This document shows, piece after piece, positions 33,668 to 43,529 of a stretch of 64,000 nt of DNA (positions are counted from its first letter, which is position 1; each line of letters starts with the position of its first letter). The DNA lies in the NCBI GenBank assembly GCA_049967655.1, contig JBMFSH010000001.1, positions 1 to 64,000 on the forward strand, in the 5' to 3' direction. Source of the stretch: Acidobacteriota bacterium. GTDB taxonomy: Bacteria > Acidobacteriota > UBA4820 > DSQY01. The position numbers and the translations under genes were made by a program. The notes below the pieces were generated by a model that was not told the origin of the DNA, searched no databases, and worked only from the letters and a program-made list of their open reading frames with translations.

Positions 33668-33747
33668 CCCTGACTTGCGGTGCAAGCGAGTATTCACTAG
33701 CATGCGTGCCTCGGTTGCCTGTGCGGCGTTTGAAGAAGGAGGTTCCA

Positions 33748-34533
33748 ATGAACGTTCTGGTCTGTGTGAAGCACGTCCCCGACACGGAGACGCGGGTCAA
33801 GGTGAAGCCGGACGGCATGAGCCTTGACCTGGCTGAGGCCAACTGGGTGATCAATCCCTATGATGAGTTCGCCGTGGAGGAGGGCATCCGGCTCAAGGAG
33901 AAGCTCGGCGGCGAGGTGACCGCCCTCACGGTGGGTGACGAGGAGGCCACCAAGACCCTTCGCCAGGCCCTCGCCATGGGCGCCGACAAGGCCGTGCTGC
34001 TCTCCGACGCCGCATTCCAGGGCGGGGACGCCCTCGGCATCGCGCGGGTGCTGGCGGCCGCGGCCAAGAAGATCCCCTTCGACCTCATCCTCTGCGGCAA
34101 ACACGCCGTGGGCGACGACAACCAGCAGGTGGGCACCCTGGTGGCCCAGCTCCTGGGCATCCCCTGCGTGACGGTCGTGACCGGCCTCGAGTTCGACGGC
34201 CAGGCGGCCATCTGCAAACGAGAGATCGAAGGCGGTACGGAGGTCGTGAAGGCGACCCTGCCGGCGCTCATCACCTGCCAGAAGGGACTCAACGAGCCGC
34301 GCTATCCTTCTCTGAAGGGCATCATGGCGGCCAAAAAGAAGGAGGTTCTCAAGTGGGGCCTGGCGGACCTCGGTCTGGACGCTTCGACCGTAGGCGCCGC
34401 CGGTGCGGGGTTCCAGCTCAAGAAGCTGGAGCTTCCTCCACCCAGGCCGGAAGGGAAAGTCCTTGCGGGTGAGATTCCCGACCAGGTGAAGGAGCTGGTG
34501 CGCCTCCTTCGCGAAGAAGCCAAGGCGCTTTAG
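33748..34533 (+). CDS. etfB: Electron transfer flavoprotein beta subunit
   Basis: VCVKHVPD, INPYD.FAVEE, ALAMGAD and NEPRYPSL.GIM.AK. Confidence 0.96.
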   Translation: MNVLVCVKHVPDTETRVKVKPDGMSLDLAEANWVINPYDEFAVEEGIRLKEKLGGEVTALTVGDEEATKTLRQALAMGADKAVLLSDAAFQGGDALGIARVLAAAAKKIPFDLILCGKHAVGDDNQQVGTLVAQLLGIPCVTVVTGLEFDGQAAICKREIEGGTEVVKATLPALITCQKGLNEPRYPSLKGIMAAKKKEVLKWGLADLGLDASTVGAAGAGFQLKKLELPPPRPEGKVLAGEIPDQVKELVRLLREEAKAL

Positions 34534-34547
34534 GGAGGGAGGTTGTC

Positions 34548-35528
34548 ATGAAAATCCTCGTATTTGCGGAACAGCGCGACGGAAAATTGAAGAAGGCCTC
34601 CCTGGAAGCCATGTCGGTAGGCCGCGAGCTGGCGGACGCCACGGGCGGCGAGGCCGCCTCGGTGGTGCTGGGTCAGGGGATCTCGGGTTTGGCGGCCGAG
34701 CTGGGCAAGGTGGGCGCCGACAAGGTCTTCGTGGGAGACGATGCCCTCTTCGCGGCCTACAGCAACGACGCCTTCGGTCTGGCCGTGGGCAAGGCCGCAC
34801 AGGCATACGGGGCCGACTGCATCCTCTTCTCGGCCACGGCCATGGGAAAGGACCTCGCTCCGAAGGTGACCGCCCGCCTGGGGATAGGCCTCCTGTCTGA
34901 CGTGACGGCCTACTCCGTCGAGGGAGGCAGCCCCCTCTTCCGGCGGCCGATCTATGCCGGCAAGGCCTTCGCCACGCTGACGCCCGTGCCGGGCAAGCCT
35001 TTCGCCGTGACCCTGCGGCCCAACGTCTTCCCCGTGGGAGACAAAGCCAAGGCCGGTACGGTAGTTCCGTTGGATCACGGAGTCACGCCCGGCGACATCA
35101 AGTCGGTGGTCCAGCAGATTCTCACGGCGCAGGGCGGGCTCCTGGACGTGGCCGAAGCCAACATCATCGTGTCGGGCGGCCGCGGCATGAAGGGCCCGGA
35201 GAACTTCCCCATCCTCGAAGCGCTCGCCAAGGCGCTCGGCGGAGCGGTGGGCGCATCTCGCGCCGCCGTGGACTCGGGGTGGATTGGCCACGAGCACCAG
35301 GTGGGCCAGACGGGAAAGGTGGTCTCCCCCGGGCTCTACATCGCCTGCGGCATCTCCGGGGCGATCCAGCATCTGGCCGGCATGTCCAGCTCCAAGGTCA
35401 TCGTGGCGGTCAACAAGGACCCCGAGGCCCCCATCTTCAAGGTGGCCACCTACGGCATCGTGGGGGACCTCTTCGAGGTGGTGCCGCTCATGACCAAGGC
35501 GGTGGAGGAGCTGAAGGCCAAGGGCTGA
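34548..35528 (+). CDS. etfA: Electron transfer flavoprotein alpha subunit
   Basis: [32 protein letters not shown] and NKDPEAPIF. Confidence 0.97.
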   Translation: MKILVFAEQRDGKLKKASLEAMSVGRELADATGGEAASVVLGQGISGLAAELGKVGADKVFVGDDALFAAYSNDAFGLAVGKAAQAYGADCILFSATAMGKDLAPKVTARLGIGLLSDVTAYSVEGGSPLFRRPIYAGKAFATLTPVPGKPFAVTLRPNVFPVGDKAKAGTVVPLDHGVTPGDIKSVVQQILTAQGGLLDVAEANIIVSGGRGMKGPENFPILEALAKALGGAVGASRAAVDSGWIGHEHQVGQTGKVVSPGLYIACGISGAIQHLAGMSSSKVIVAVNKDPEAPIFKVATYGIVGDLFEVVPLMTKAVEELKAKG

Positions 35529-35561
35529 AGCTGCGGGTTCGACCAGGTCAGAAATGGTTAA

Positions 35562-35591
35562 ACGACGGCCGTCCGCAGGGGCGGCCGTCGT
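35562..35591. terminator. Hairpin after etfA (possible terminator)
   Basis: ACGACGGCCGTCC-GCAG-GGGCGGCCGTCGT; no U-tract on the plus strand. Confidence 0.45.
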
Positions 35592-35695
35592 GCGTCTGGG
35601 AGGAGAGGTTCCCTCTCCGGGCCGGGAAACTGGCGGGGCGGCTCGGGAGGCCTACATTAGACCTGGAGGCCGGCCATGGGGCCGGCGAACGAACG

Positions 35696-36367
35696 ATGAA
35701 AGAAGTCCTGCTGATTTCCAAGGGGCACTTTGGCATTCCCTGGCGCGACACGGTCCTCTCCCGGACGGGGGTCAACGTCCGCGAAGCCGAGGACTATGAT
35801 TCGGCCTACCAGGTCATGCTCACCCAGCGCCCCGGTTTCTTCGTGGTGGACCACCGCCGCGGGGACGAGGAGCTGGCGCTCTTCCTCTGGCGGATACGCA
35901 CCTCGCTGTGGGATCCACCGCCCGTGGGCGTCTTGTTGACCGGCCGTGCGGATTCGGCGCTTCGCCGGCCCCCCGTGGCCGAGGTGCTCGGTCCTCCTCT
36001 CCGCTCCGGGGACTTCGGTCGGGTCATGGCGCGGCTCCTGGATCTTCCAACGCGAATCGAGAAGCGGCTCCTGGTGGCGGTGGACGTGATGGGAAGGACC
36101 TCGCGGGGTTCGACCCTCACCGGGACGACCGTGGATCTCTCTCCGGGCGGCATGCTTGTGTCGAGCCGGCAGCCCCTTCCTCTCGGGGAGCGCCCCCTGT
36201 GGACTTTCGGAGGCCCGGCGGGCCTGCGCGGACTGTCGGTACCCGGAACCGTTTTGGGGCCGCGAGGCCACGGAGGCGAGGCGCGGCGGATCTTTGCCGT
36301 CCGGTTCGATGCCGGGGCCGGAAACGCGATGGGGCGTCTTCGCAGTTTCCTGGAGTCCAGGGGATAG
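35696..36367 (+). CDS. PilZ-domain protein with a degenerate receiver-like N-terminus
   Basis: RIEKR (RxxxR) and DLSPGG (D/NxSxxG); the N-terminus follows a REC-like alpha/beta pattern without the acidic pocket or the conserved Lys. Confidence 0.78.
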   Translation: MKEVLLISKGHFGIPWRDTVLSRTGVNVREAEDYDSAYQVMLTQRPGFFVVDHRRGDEELALFLWRIRTSLWDPPPVGVLLTGRADSALRRPPVAEVLGPPLRSGDFGRVMARLLDLPTRIEKRLLVAVDVMGRTSRGSTLTGTTVDLSPGGMLVSSRQPLPLGERPLWTFGGPAGLRGLSVPGTVLGPRGHGGEARRIFAVRFDAGAGNAMGRLRSFLESRG

Positions 36368-36370
36368 GGG

Positions 36371-37963
36371 CTACCGGAGCGGAGGCGGCCCCTCCCTCCA
36401 GCGGACGCCCGAAAGGAAACCGAAGTCGCCGTCCGGAGGCAGGGAGATCCCCTCCAGTCCCGGCCTTGCCACGGCCACGTTGTCCGGCCACCAGAGGCTC
36501 ACGTAGGGCGGGTCCTGGGCCAAGACCTTCTGCACTTGCGCGTAGATCGACTTGCGCCTGGCCGGGTCCACCTCGCGCGCCCCCTCCTCCACCAGATGGT
36601 CCACCTCGCGGTTCGCGTACCGGCCCCGGTTGAACCCGTCGGGCGGCAGGGCCCACGAAGCGAAGCGCAGCCGGAAGGCGTCGGGATCCGTGATTCCCAC
36701 CCAGGTCAGCCCGAAGCCGTCGAAGTTTCCCCGTTTCACGTCCCCGTAGAAGGTGCCCCACTCCAGCCACTGGACCGTGACCGAGACGCCCACCCGGGCG
36801 AGATCCTGCGCCAGGGCCGTGGCGATCTGCCGGGAGAGCTTGTTGTCGGAGGTCTTGTAGACGAGTTTGAACCGGACGCCGTCGCTGGCGGGCGTCAGTC
36901 CGGCGGCATCCAGCAGCCGGCGGGCGCGGGCCGGGTCGAAGGGATACGACTTCACGTCCCCGCAGTAGGCCCAGTTCTCGGGGCTGAGCAGGCCCGTGGC
37001 TAGGCGGCCGTAGCCGTGCAGAATGTACGCGAGGATAGCCCGCCTGTCGATGGCGAAGGCGATGGCGCGCCGCACCTCGGGGCGGTCGAGGGGCGAGTGG
37101 GCGCAGTTGAAACCGACGTAGGCGTAGTTCGTGCCCGGGGACCTTCGGATCTCGTAGCCGTGGTTCGCGAAGTAGGCGAGCGAGTCGGGAGGAAGGTCGT
37201 TGACCACCAGGTCTACGCTGCCGCGGCGCAGTTCCAGAGAGCGGACGACGGGGTCGGGGATCACCTTGAAGGCCACGGTGTGGCAGGCCGGTTGCGGAGA
37301 GGCGTAGGGGTTGGCCTCGAACAGGAGCCATTGCCCCCTCTCCCACCGGGTCAGGCGGTAGGGGCCGCAGCCGATGGGAGGCGGGGAGCCGGGCGGATGA
37401 TCGTGCGACGGCGTCGCGCCCGAGACCGCGTCGGCGGGGAGAATGCCCACCGTGAGGGCCGAGAGGAAGGCCGCCCTGGGCTCGCGCAGGGTGATGTCCA
37501 GCCGGTACCTTCCGGGCGCCGAGAGGGAGGCGATGCAGTCCAGGTCTCCCTTGCGGAAGGAGGGAAGGGCCGGGTCCAGGATCGATCGCAGGGTGACGAG
37601 AGCGTCCTGCGAGGTGACCTCTCGCCCATCCGAAAAGCGCATGCCGGGCCTCAGGTGGAAGAGGTAGTGCGTGGCATCGGGCTGCTCCCAGGATTCCACC
37701 AGGTCCGGCACGGGGCGGAGCCCCTCCCCCGTCTTGAACAGCCCTCGATAGAGGAGGTGGAAGGCGCGGTCCGCCGCCACGTCCGAGCCGATCCGCGGGT
37801 CCAGCGAGGCGGGCTCCGCCTCCACGCCCACGATCAGGTCGGCCCTGCGCTGCTCCCTCCCACAGCCGGCGGGGAGCAGCGCGAGGATGACCATCAGGAA
37901 TGAGGCGACGAGAGGATGACGAAGGAGGAAAGCGAGGGGCCGGTTCGGTGGCCTAGAGCTCAT
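36371..37963 (-). CDS. ABC transporter substrate-binding lipoprotein, family 5 (peptide/nickel)
   Basis: Lipobox LPAGC, SLDPR, PDLVESW, LRPGMRFSDG, IGCGPY, VRRAIAFAIDR and NRGRYAN. Confidence 0.93.
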   Translation of the reverse strand: MSSRPPNRPLAFLLRHPLVASFLMVILALLPAGCGREQRRADLIVGVEAEPASLDPRIGSDVAADRAFHLLYRGLFKTGEGLRPVPDLVESWEQPDATHYLFHLRPGMRFSDGREVTSQDALVTLRSILDPALPSFRKGDLDCIASLSAPGRYRLDITLREPRAAFLSALTVGILPADAVSGATPSHDHPPGSPPPIGCGPYRLTRWERGQWLLFEANPYASPQPACHTVAFKVIPDPVVRSLELRRGSVDLVVNDLPPDSLAYFANHGYEIRRSPGTNYAYVGFNCAHSPLDRPEVRRAIAFAIDRRAILAYILHGYGRLATGLLSPENWAYCGDVKSYPFDPARARRLLDAAGLTPASDGVRFKLVYKTSDNKLSRQIATALAQDLARVGVSVTVQWLEWGTFYGDVKRGNFDGFGLTWVGITDPDAFRLRFASWALPPDGFNRGRYANREVDHLVEEGAREVDPARRKSIYAQVQKVLAQDPPYVSLWWPDNVAVARPGLEGISLPPDGDFGFLSGVRWREGPPPLR

Positions 37964-39158
37964 GGTCCCAGGCTTGGATCCCCGGAGTGATGGAGCCCAG
38001 GACGACGGGCCGCTGTGCGCCGGTGGCCGAGGGCACGTTGCCCGCTCGCCCTCTCACCGTCTCGTTGGCCAGGAAGGCCATGAGCACGGCCTCCTTGGCC
38101 TTGTTGGGGATGGAGTAATCATCCGCCGTGGTGACCGCCAGCTTGGGCAGGGCCCTTCTCAGTCCCTCCATCAGCACCGGATTCTCGGCACCGCCTCCCG
38201 AGACGATGATCTCCTCGTACCGGACGTCTTGCAGGCAGTGCTCGAGGATGGCGGTGGTGATGGTCTGCACCGTGAAGGCGGCCAGCGTGGCCATTACATC
38301 GGCGGGCTGCAGAGAGGGAAAGTCCTGGAGGAGGGCTTTCAGGAAGGCGGGGCCGAACTCCCCCTTCTCCGCCGATTTGGGGGGAACCTTCTTGAGGAAG
38401 GGGTGTTCCAGAAGCCTCGCCAGAAGGGCCGGGTTGACTGCGCCGGAGGCCGCCATGGTCCCGTTCCGGTCAAACCCCTGGGCTCCCTGGGCGAAGTAGA
38501 TGACGGCGGCATCCATGAGAGAGTTGCCCGGCCCCGTGTCGAAGGCCGTCACTTGGGAGAGTTGGCCATCGGCTGGAATGGCCGTCACGTTGGCGATGCC
38601 TCCGATGTTGAGGGCGATCCGGCTGCGCGCATGGTGGCGGTAGAGCGCGTAGTCCAGGTAGGCCGCCAGCGGAGCCCCCTGCCCTCCCGCCGCCATGTCG
38701 CGGGAGCGGAAATCGGACACCACCGTGATGCCCGTCCGTTCGGCGATGATGGCGGGGTCGCCGATTTGCAGCGTGCCGCGGACGGAGAACCCGGGCATGG
38801 GGACGGATGTGGGCATGTGGTAGAGAGTCTGCCCGTGGGATCCGATGAGGTCCACGCTCAAGGGGTTTACGCCGCCCTTCTTGCAGATGTGCAGGGCGGC
38901 GTGGGCGAAGAGCTCTCCAAGATAGGCGTTCAGCAGGGTGATCTCCCCGGCGTCCCCGGCGCGCGCGCCCTGGCACTGAAGGATTCGGGCCCGCACTCCC
39001 GGCGAGAAGCGCAGGGTGTCGCTGACCATGAGCGAGAAAGAGGAGTCGGCCCCCTGGCCCTGAATGCCGACCAGCGCCGCATCGATCCCGTCCGCGGAGG
39101 TGCCGGACATGAGTCCTATGACGAGCCTTTCATCCTTTGCCGCGATGGTGTTCAGCAT
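37953..39158 (-). CDS. anmK: Anhydro-N-acetylmuramic acid kinase
   Basis: GLMSGTSADGID, GSHGQT, DFRSRDMAAGGQGAPL, LNIGGIAN, FDTGPGN and SGGGAEN. Confidence 0.96.
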   Translation of the reverse strand: MLNTIAAKDERLVIGLMSGTSADGIDAALVGIQGQGADSSFSLMVSDTLRFSPGVRARILQCQGARAGDAGEITLLNAYLGELFAHAALHICKKGGVNPLSVDLIGSHGQTLYHMPTSVPMPGFSVRGTLQIGDPAIIAERTGITVVSDFRSRDMAAGGQGAPLAAYLDYALYRHHARSRIALNIGGIANVTAIPADGQLSQVTAFDTGPGNSLMDAAVIYFAQGAQGFDRNGTMAASGAVNPALLARLLEHPFLKKVPPKSAEKGEFGPAFLKALLQDFPSLQPADVMATLAAFTVQTITTAILEHCLQDVRYEEIIVSGGGAENPVLMEGLRRALPKLAVTTADDYSIPNKAKEAVLMAFLANETVRGRAGNVPSATGAQRPVVLGSITPGIQAWDHEL

Positions 39159-39350
39159 CCGCTTCTCCCTTTCCGATATCCTAGAAGAACCCAACCCCGC
39201 GCGCAAGCTGGATGGTGATCGCAAATCCCGCGATGAAAGCGGAACCGCTTGGTAGGAGCGGCGCCGAGCCGCGATCGTGCTGCCTCCTCCAAGGCTCCGC
39301 GTTGACACCATCTGGGACGCCGGTTAGCATGGGCACAGTCGGAGGAAACC

Positions 39351-40700
39351 GTGCGCAAGGCGATACCCATCCAGGGCGATGGCTCCATCGTGGTTCCAAG
39401 GGAGCTCGTGGAGGAGGTGTTCGGCAAGGCGCGGGAGGCTGTGGTTCATCTGCGGTCGGGGTGTCTCGTCGTCTCTCCGGTCTACGTGGACATCGAGTCG
39501 GGACAAGTCCCTCAGCTGCTCGATCGCTTCCACCAGTTCGAATCCCTTACCGTGGTTCAGGAGGAGCACTTCCGCAAGGCCGAGCCCGAGCGGGAGGGCG
39601 TCCAGTTCGAGGGCGACCTCTCCGTGCTTGCCCTGAGCGACGTCTTCCTTTTCCTGTCGGCCAGCAAGAAGAGCGGCCTGCTCGTGGTGCAGGAGGAGGG
39701 ACAGCGCTGGGGCTTCTTCTTTCAGAACGGTAACCTGGTTTTTGCCACCGGGGACGACCCCAAGTCCGGCCTGACGGCCTATTTGCTCCAACGCCAGTTC
39801 CTGACCGAACAGGATCTGATCCAGGGCTCCAACCTCCTGGAGGACAAGCGGGGCACGCTCAAGGTCCTGCTGGAGATCTCGGGCCTGGGTCTCGAGGAGT
39901 TTCGGGAGCAGTGGATCCGGTGCGTAGAAGCTCTTATCTTCCGAGTGTTCGGGCTGGCCAAGGGGCGCTTCGGCTTTCAGAACGGGGAGGTCCAGTCGCC
40001 CTTCGTCCTGAACCTCCCCATGTCTACGACCAGCTATGTCATGGAGGCCACCCGGCGTCTGGACGAATGGGCGAGGGTGCAGGACCGCGTCCCGCCTCCC
40101 GACGCCGTGCTTGAGACGCCCGAGGACGTGACGGCCTCCACCAACGTCACCTTCGAAGAGGAGCAGGTGCTCGGCCAGATCACCGGTGCCCGTACGCTGC
40201 AGGAGGTGCTTCTCAGGGCCAAGGTGGGAGAGATGGAGGGCAAGAAGGCCGTGGCCTCGCTCATCGCGGCGGGCCTGGTGCGGGTCGTGAGGGAGACACC
40301 GGCGCCGGCCGCACCCGAGGCCGCCTCGGCCTCCCTCTCCGACGAGGAGCGGGCGCTCCTCATCCGGCGCCTGGAGAGCTACAACAGCGTCTTCTCGGCG
40401 ATCTTTCAGGCGCTCTCCATCGAGGTGGGCCGGAAGGTGGAGGTAATCCTGGGGGCCTTCTTCAAGGGGCTGGAAGCCGGGTCCTCCCTGCTCGCCGGCC
40501 TCAGCCTGACGGAGGAGGGGGTGCTGGCCGAGGAGCCCCTCATGTCCCGCCTGGCCGCGCTACCCGAGGAGCGCGAAAGCGCCTTGGTGCGTGAGCTGAA
40601 CGAGCTCCTCTACTTTCAGCTCTTCGCCGTCAAGAACACCCTGGGCCCCGACATGGAGGCCGGCATCGTGGAGATGGCCAAGACCCTGCTCCAGGGGTGA
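39351..40700 (+). CDS. DUF4388 (PatA-N-like) protein with an N-terminal AbrB-like segment
   Basis: FEGDL..LALSDVF.FL...KKSGLL, FF.NGNLVFA, GRFGF and VMEATRRLDEW; GGAGG RBS and GTG start. Confidence 0.8.
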   Translation: MRKAIPIQGDGSIVVPRELVEEVFGKAREAVVHLRSGCLVVSPVYVDIESGQVPQLLDRFHQFESLTVVQEEHFRKAEPEREGVQFEGDLSVLALSDVFLFLSASKKSGLLVVQEEGQRWGFFFQNGNLVFATGDDPKSGLTAYLLQRQFLTEQDLIQGSNLLEDKRGTLKVLLEISGLGLEEFREQWIRCVEALIFRVFGLAKGRFGFQNGEVQSPFVLNLPMSTTSYVMEATRRLDEWARVQDRVPPPDAVLETPEDVTASTNVTFEEEQVLGQITGARTLQEVLLRAKVGEMEGKKAVASLIAAGLVRVVRETPAPAAPEAASASLSDEERALLIRRLESYNSVFSAIFQALSIEVGRKVEVILGAFFKGLEAGSSLLAGLSLTEEGVLAEEPLMSRLAALPEERESALVRELNELLYFQLFAVKNTLGPDMEAGIVEMAKTLLQG

Positions 40701-40794
40701 TGGGGATGAATGATGAAGTTCGAGCGCGGGAGATCACGTAGGCGATAACCGCCGGGACAAGCATCGCGCCATCCCCCTCCCTCATTCATCATCA
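40698..40794. repeat. Short GATGAAT-type repeats in inverted arrangement between convergent genes
   Basis: GATGAATGA (40706-40714) pairs with TCATTCATC (40782-40790); GGGGATG pairs with CATCCCC. Confidence 0.45.
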
Positions 40795-41640
40795 GTTAAC
40801 GGGCGGTGCCCCGCCTCGGCCGCCCCCCTCGGCACTGCCGCTTCCGCCGGGGGCGGCTTCCGCCTGAAACCAGGGCCTGAAGATGGCCTTGACCTTCCCG
40901 TCCGCCGTCCAGAAGAGGGCGGACTGGGGGCGGCCGAAGTGGTAGCCCTGGGCCATGGGCACATCCAGGGCCATGAGGGTCAGGAGCTCCTCGGGGGTCT
41001 CCACCCCTTCCGCCACGACCTGCCCGCCCAGTTTCTGGGCCATGGTCGCCACGCCCGCCACGAGAGCCTGCTTTCGTGCGGAACGCTGGATGCCCAGGAT
41101 GAAGGCTCGGTCGATCTTGATGAACTCCGGTTCGAACCACAGGAGGTGCTGAAGGCCCGAGAAGGCCTGACCGAAATCGTCGAGGGCGAAGCGGAAACCC
41201 CGCCGGCGCAGAGCGCGAAGGATTCTGGAGAGGGCGCGGGGATTGGGGGCCTTGGTCCTTTCGGAGATCTCGATCACCACAGCCTCCGGCGGGATGCCGC
41301 TGGAGTCGAGGAGATTCTCGAAGAGAGACTGCATCTTGCGGAGGTGGAGCAGGGTGCTGATGTGCACGTTGATGAAGAGGTCCCCCGCGGGAACCAGCAT
41401 GTGGCCCGATCGAAGGGAGGCCGCGATGCAGGCCGCGTCCAGCTCCTGGATGAGCCCGTCGGAGACGCGGCTGGAGGGGCCGAAGATCCAGCCGGGGTGG
41501 CTGAGCGGAGTGTCCTTCGGACCCCGCATCAGCGCCTCGTATCCCAGGATCCCGCCGTTCTGGAGATTGACGATGGGCTGGTAGGCCGTGGAGATGTACC
41601 CGTGCTTGAGAAGGTGTCGGACCTGGTCCTCGGTGGTCAT
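40792..41640 (-). CDS. Stand-alone EAL-domain c-di-GMP phosphodiesterase
   Basis: YQPIV, EALMR, FINV, IEISE, ALDDFG, IKID, VAEGVE and AQGY are all intact. Confidence 0.93.
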   Translation of the reverse strand: MTTEDQVRHLLKHGYISTAYQPIVNLQNGGILGYEALMRGPKDTPLSHPGWIFGPSSRVSDGLIQELDAACIAASLRSGHMLVPAGDLFINVHISTLLHLRKMQSLFENLLDSSGIPPEAVVIEISERTKAPNPRALSRILRALRRRGFRFALDDFGQAFSGLQHLLWFEPEFIKIDRAFILGIQRSARKQALVAGVATMAQKLGGQVVAEGVETPEELLTLMALDVPMAQGYHFGRPQSALFWTADGKVKAIFRPWFQAEAAPGGSGSAEGGGRGGAPPVN

Positions 41641-41641
41641 C

Positions 41642-42031
41642 TCAACCTCCCGACAGAGCGTTGGGGACGCCAAGTTCACGGATGGCCTGGCTGAGCGTCG
41701 TCAGTTCGACGGGCTTTTCGAAGTAGTAGGCTGCCCCCAGCTCGAAGGCTTTTTGCATGACCGCCGGATCGCCGTATCCGGTCATGAGAATGGTATGGGT
41801 CTTCAGCCCCTTCTCCCGAATGAAGCGGAGCAGTTCAAGCCCTTCGGCATCCAGCGTCCCCTTGAGGCGGATGTCCGAGAGGAGCACCTGGATGCTCCCG
41901 GAATCGAGGATCTCGCGGGCGCTCTGGGCGTTCACGGCCGTCAGAACCTCGACGTCCTCCCTTTCCAAGAGCGTCTGAAGGCCGAAGACCGTGGCGCTCT
42001 CGTCATCTACGATCAGGATCTTGTAGCTCAT
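41642..42031 (-). CDS. Single-domain response regulator
   Basis: IVDDE, SDIRL, MTGY and EKP; GGAGG RBS. Confidence 0.92.
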   Translation of the reverse strand: MSYKILIVDDESATVFGLQTLLEREDVEVLTAVNAQSAREILDSGSIQVLLSDIRLKGTLDAEGLELLRFIREKGLKTHTILMTGYGDPAVMQKAFELGAAYYFEKPVELTTLSQAIRELGVPNALSGG

Positions 42032-42062
42032 GGTGACCTCCCTCGGCGTCCACTTCAGCCGA

Positions 42063-42077
42063 GCAAGCCCTGTGCCA
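42063..42077 (-). promoter_or_regulatory. sigma54 promoter of the REC-EAL operon
   Basis: TGGCAC-AGGGC-TTGC, an exact -24/-12 consensus 31 nt before the start codon. Confidence 0.85.
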
Positions 42078-42140
42078 ACATCCCCGGATCATGGCGACCC
42101 CTCCTCACCGACCTCTCGCCGAGCCTGGCGTCGATGCTGG

Positions 42141-42176
42141 ATCGCGCTTCTGAGACGGGACGCCCAGGCTTGAGAA
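42141..42176. promoter_or_regulatory. Putative tandem activator (UAS) sites
   Basis: ATCGCG-CTTC-TGAGAC and CGCCCA-GGCT-TGAGAA, 20 bp apart and 64-99 bp upstream of the -24 element. Confidence 0.6.
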
Positions 42177-42185
42177 GCCAGGGCG

Positions 42186-43529
42186 TCACCGGCACTCATT
42201 CAGCGCCAGGCCGTGCCTGCTGATCTTGCGGTAGAGCGTGGCACGGGAGACACCCAGGAGCTTGGCGGCCCGGTTCACATCGCCCTTCACCTCCCTGAGG
42301 ACCTGTTCGATGTGCCTCTTCTCGGCGGAGCCGAGGTCGGTGGAGCCGTTCGCCGGACCATGGCCGACCGACGCGGGCAGAGAAGAGCCGATGGAGCTGA
42401 AGTGCTCCGGGAGGAGTCTCTTGCCGTCCGAGAGGATCCACGCCCGCTCCAGCACGTTGTGCAGCTCCCTGAGGTTGCCCGGCCATGGGTAGGAGCGGAG
42501 AAGTCCGAGCACCTCCTCCCCCACCTCGGGGACGACTCGACCCTGGACGATGAAGCGGAGAAGGTGCGAGACCAACTGAGGCATCTCCTGGGTCCGCTCG
42601 CGGAGCGGCGGCAGGGTGATGGACAGGGTATTGATCCGATAGAAGAGGTCCCGCCGGAACTCTCCGGATTCGATGCGCTTTTCCAGGTCCTGATGGGTGG
42701 CGCAGATGAGGCGGAAGTCGGAGATCCTCTCCTCCACGCGGCCGAGGGGGCGGAAGCGCTTCTCTTCAAGCACCTTCAGGAACTTGGCCTGCACCGTCAT
42801 ATCCATGTCGCCGATCTCGTCCAGGAACAGGGTGCCGCGGTGGGCCCTCTCCAGCAGCCCCTCCTTCGTCTCCACCGCGCCCGTGAAGGCCCCCTTGGAA
42901 TGGCCGAACAGCTCTGTCTCCAGGAACTCTCCCTTCAGCCCCGCGCAGTTGAGCTCCACGAAGGGCTCGTCGCGTTCACCGGAGTTCTGGTGAATGTAAC
43001 GCGCCACGAGCCCCTTGCCGGTCCCCGTTTCCCCCTGCAAGAGCAGGGGGCTCCGGTGTCGGCAGGCGGCCGCGAGCAGGGGTTCGATGCGCTGCATGGC
43101 CGGGCTGTCCCCGAGGTGGGGAGTCAGCATCCGGGGGCGCTCCTTGAGGGCGCGGTTCTCCCGGCGCAGGGTGCCGATCTGCATGGCCTTGTTCAGGAGA
43201 ATCTCCAGCTCCTTGAGGTCCACGGGCTTGGTCAGAAAATGGTCGGCTCCCCTGCGCATGGCCTCCACGGCCATGGGGATGGTGCCGTGGCCGCTGATGA
43301 CCACCACCGGGACCGAGGGGTCGTGCTCTCGGATCTCTTCCAGGAAGTCGGTGCCCTCTCCGTCCGGAAGCTTCACGTCCAGCAGGATGGCTCCGAAGCC
43401 CTGCTTGCCGAGCCGTTCCCGAGCCTCCGCGAGGCAGGCCGCCTCGGTGATCCGGAATCCCTCACCCTCCAGATACTTGGCAATGCCGAAGCGGATCGCG
43501 GGCTCGTCGTCGATGAGCAGCAGGTTCAT
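42186..43529 (-). CDS. sigma54-dependent response regulator (REC-AAA+-HTH)
   Basis: GETGTGKG, ETELFGHSKGAFTGA, FLDEIG, WPGNLREL and AAKLLGVSRATLYRK; ATGA overlap with the kinase. Confidence 0.96.
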   Translation of the reverse strand: MNLLLIDDEPAIRFGIAKYLEGEGFRITEAACLAEARERLGKQGFGAILLDVKLPDGEGTDFLEEIREHDPSVPVVVISGHGTIPMAVEAMRRGADHFLTKPVDLKELEILLNKAMQIGTLRRENRALKERPRMLTPHLGDSPAMQRIEPLLAAACRHRSPLLLQGETGTGKGLVARYIHQNSGERDEPFVELNCAGLKGEFLETELFGHSKGAFTGAVETKEGLLERAHRGTLFLDEIGDMDMTVQAKFLKVLEEKRFRPLGRVEERISDFRLICATHQDLEKRIESGEFRRDLFYRINTLSITLPPLRERTQEMPQLVSHLLRFIVQGRVVPEVGEEVLGLLRSYPWPGNLRELHNVLERAWILSDGKRLLPEHFSSIGSSLPASVGHGPANGSTDLGSAEKRHIEQVLREVKGDVNRAAKLLGVSRATLYRKISRHGLALNECR

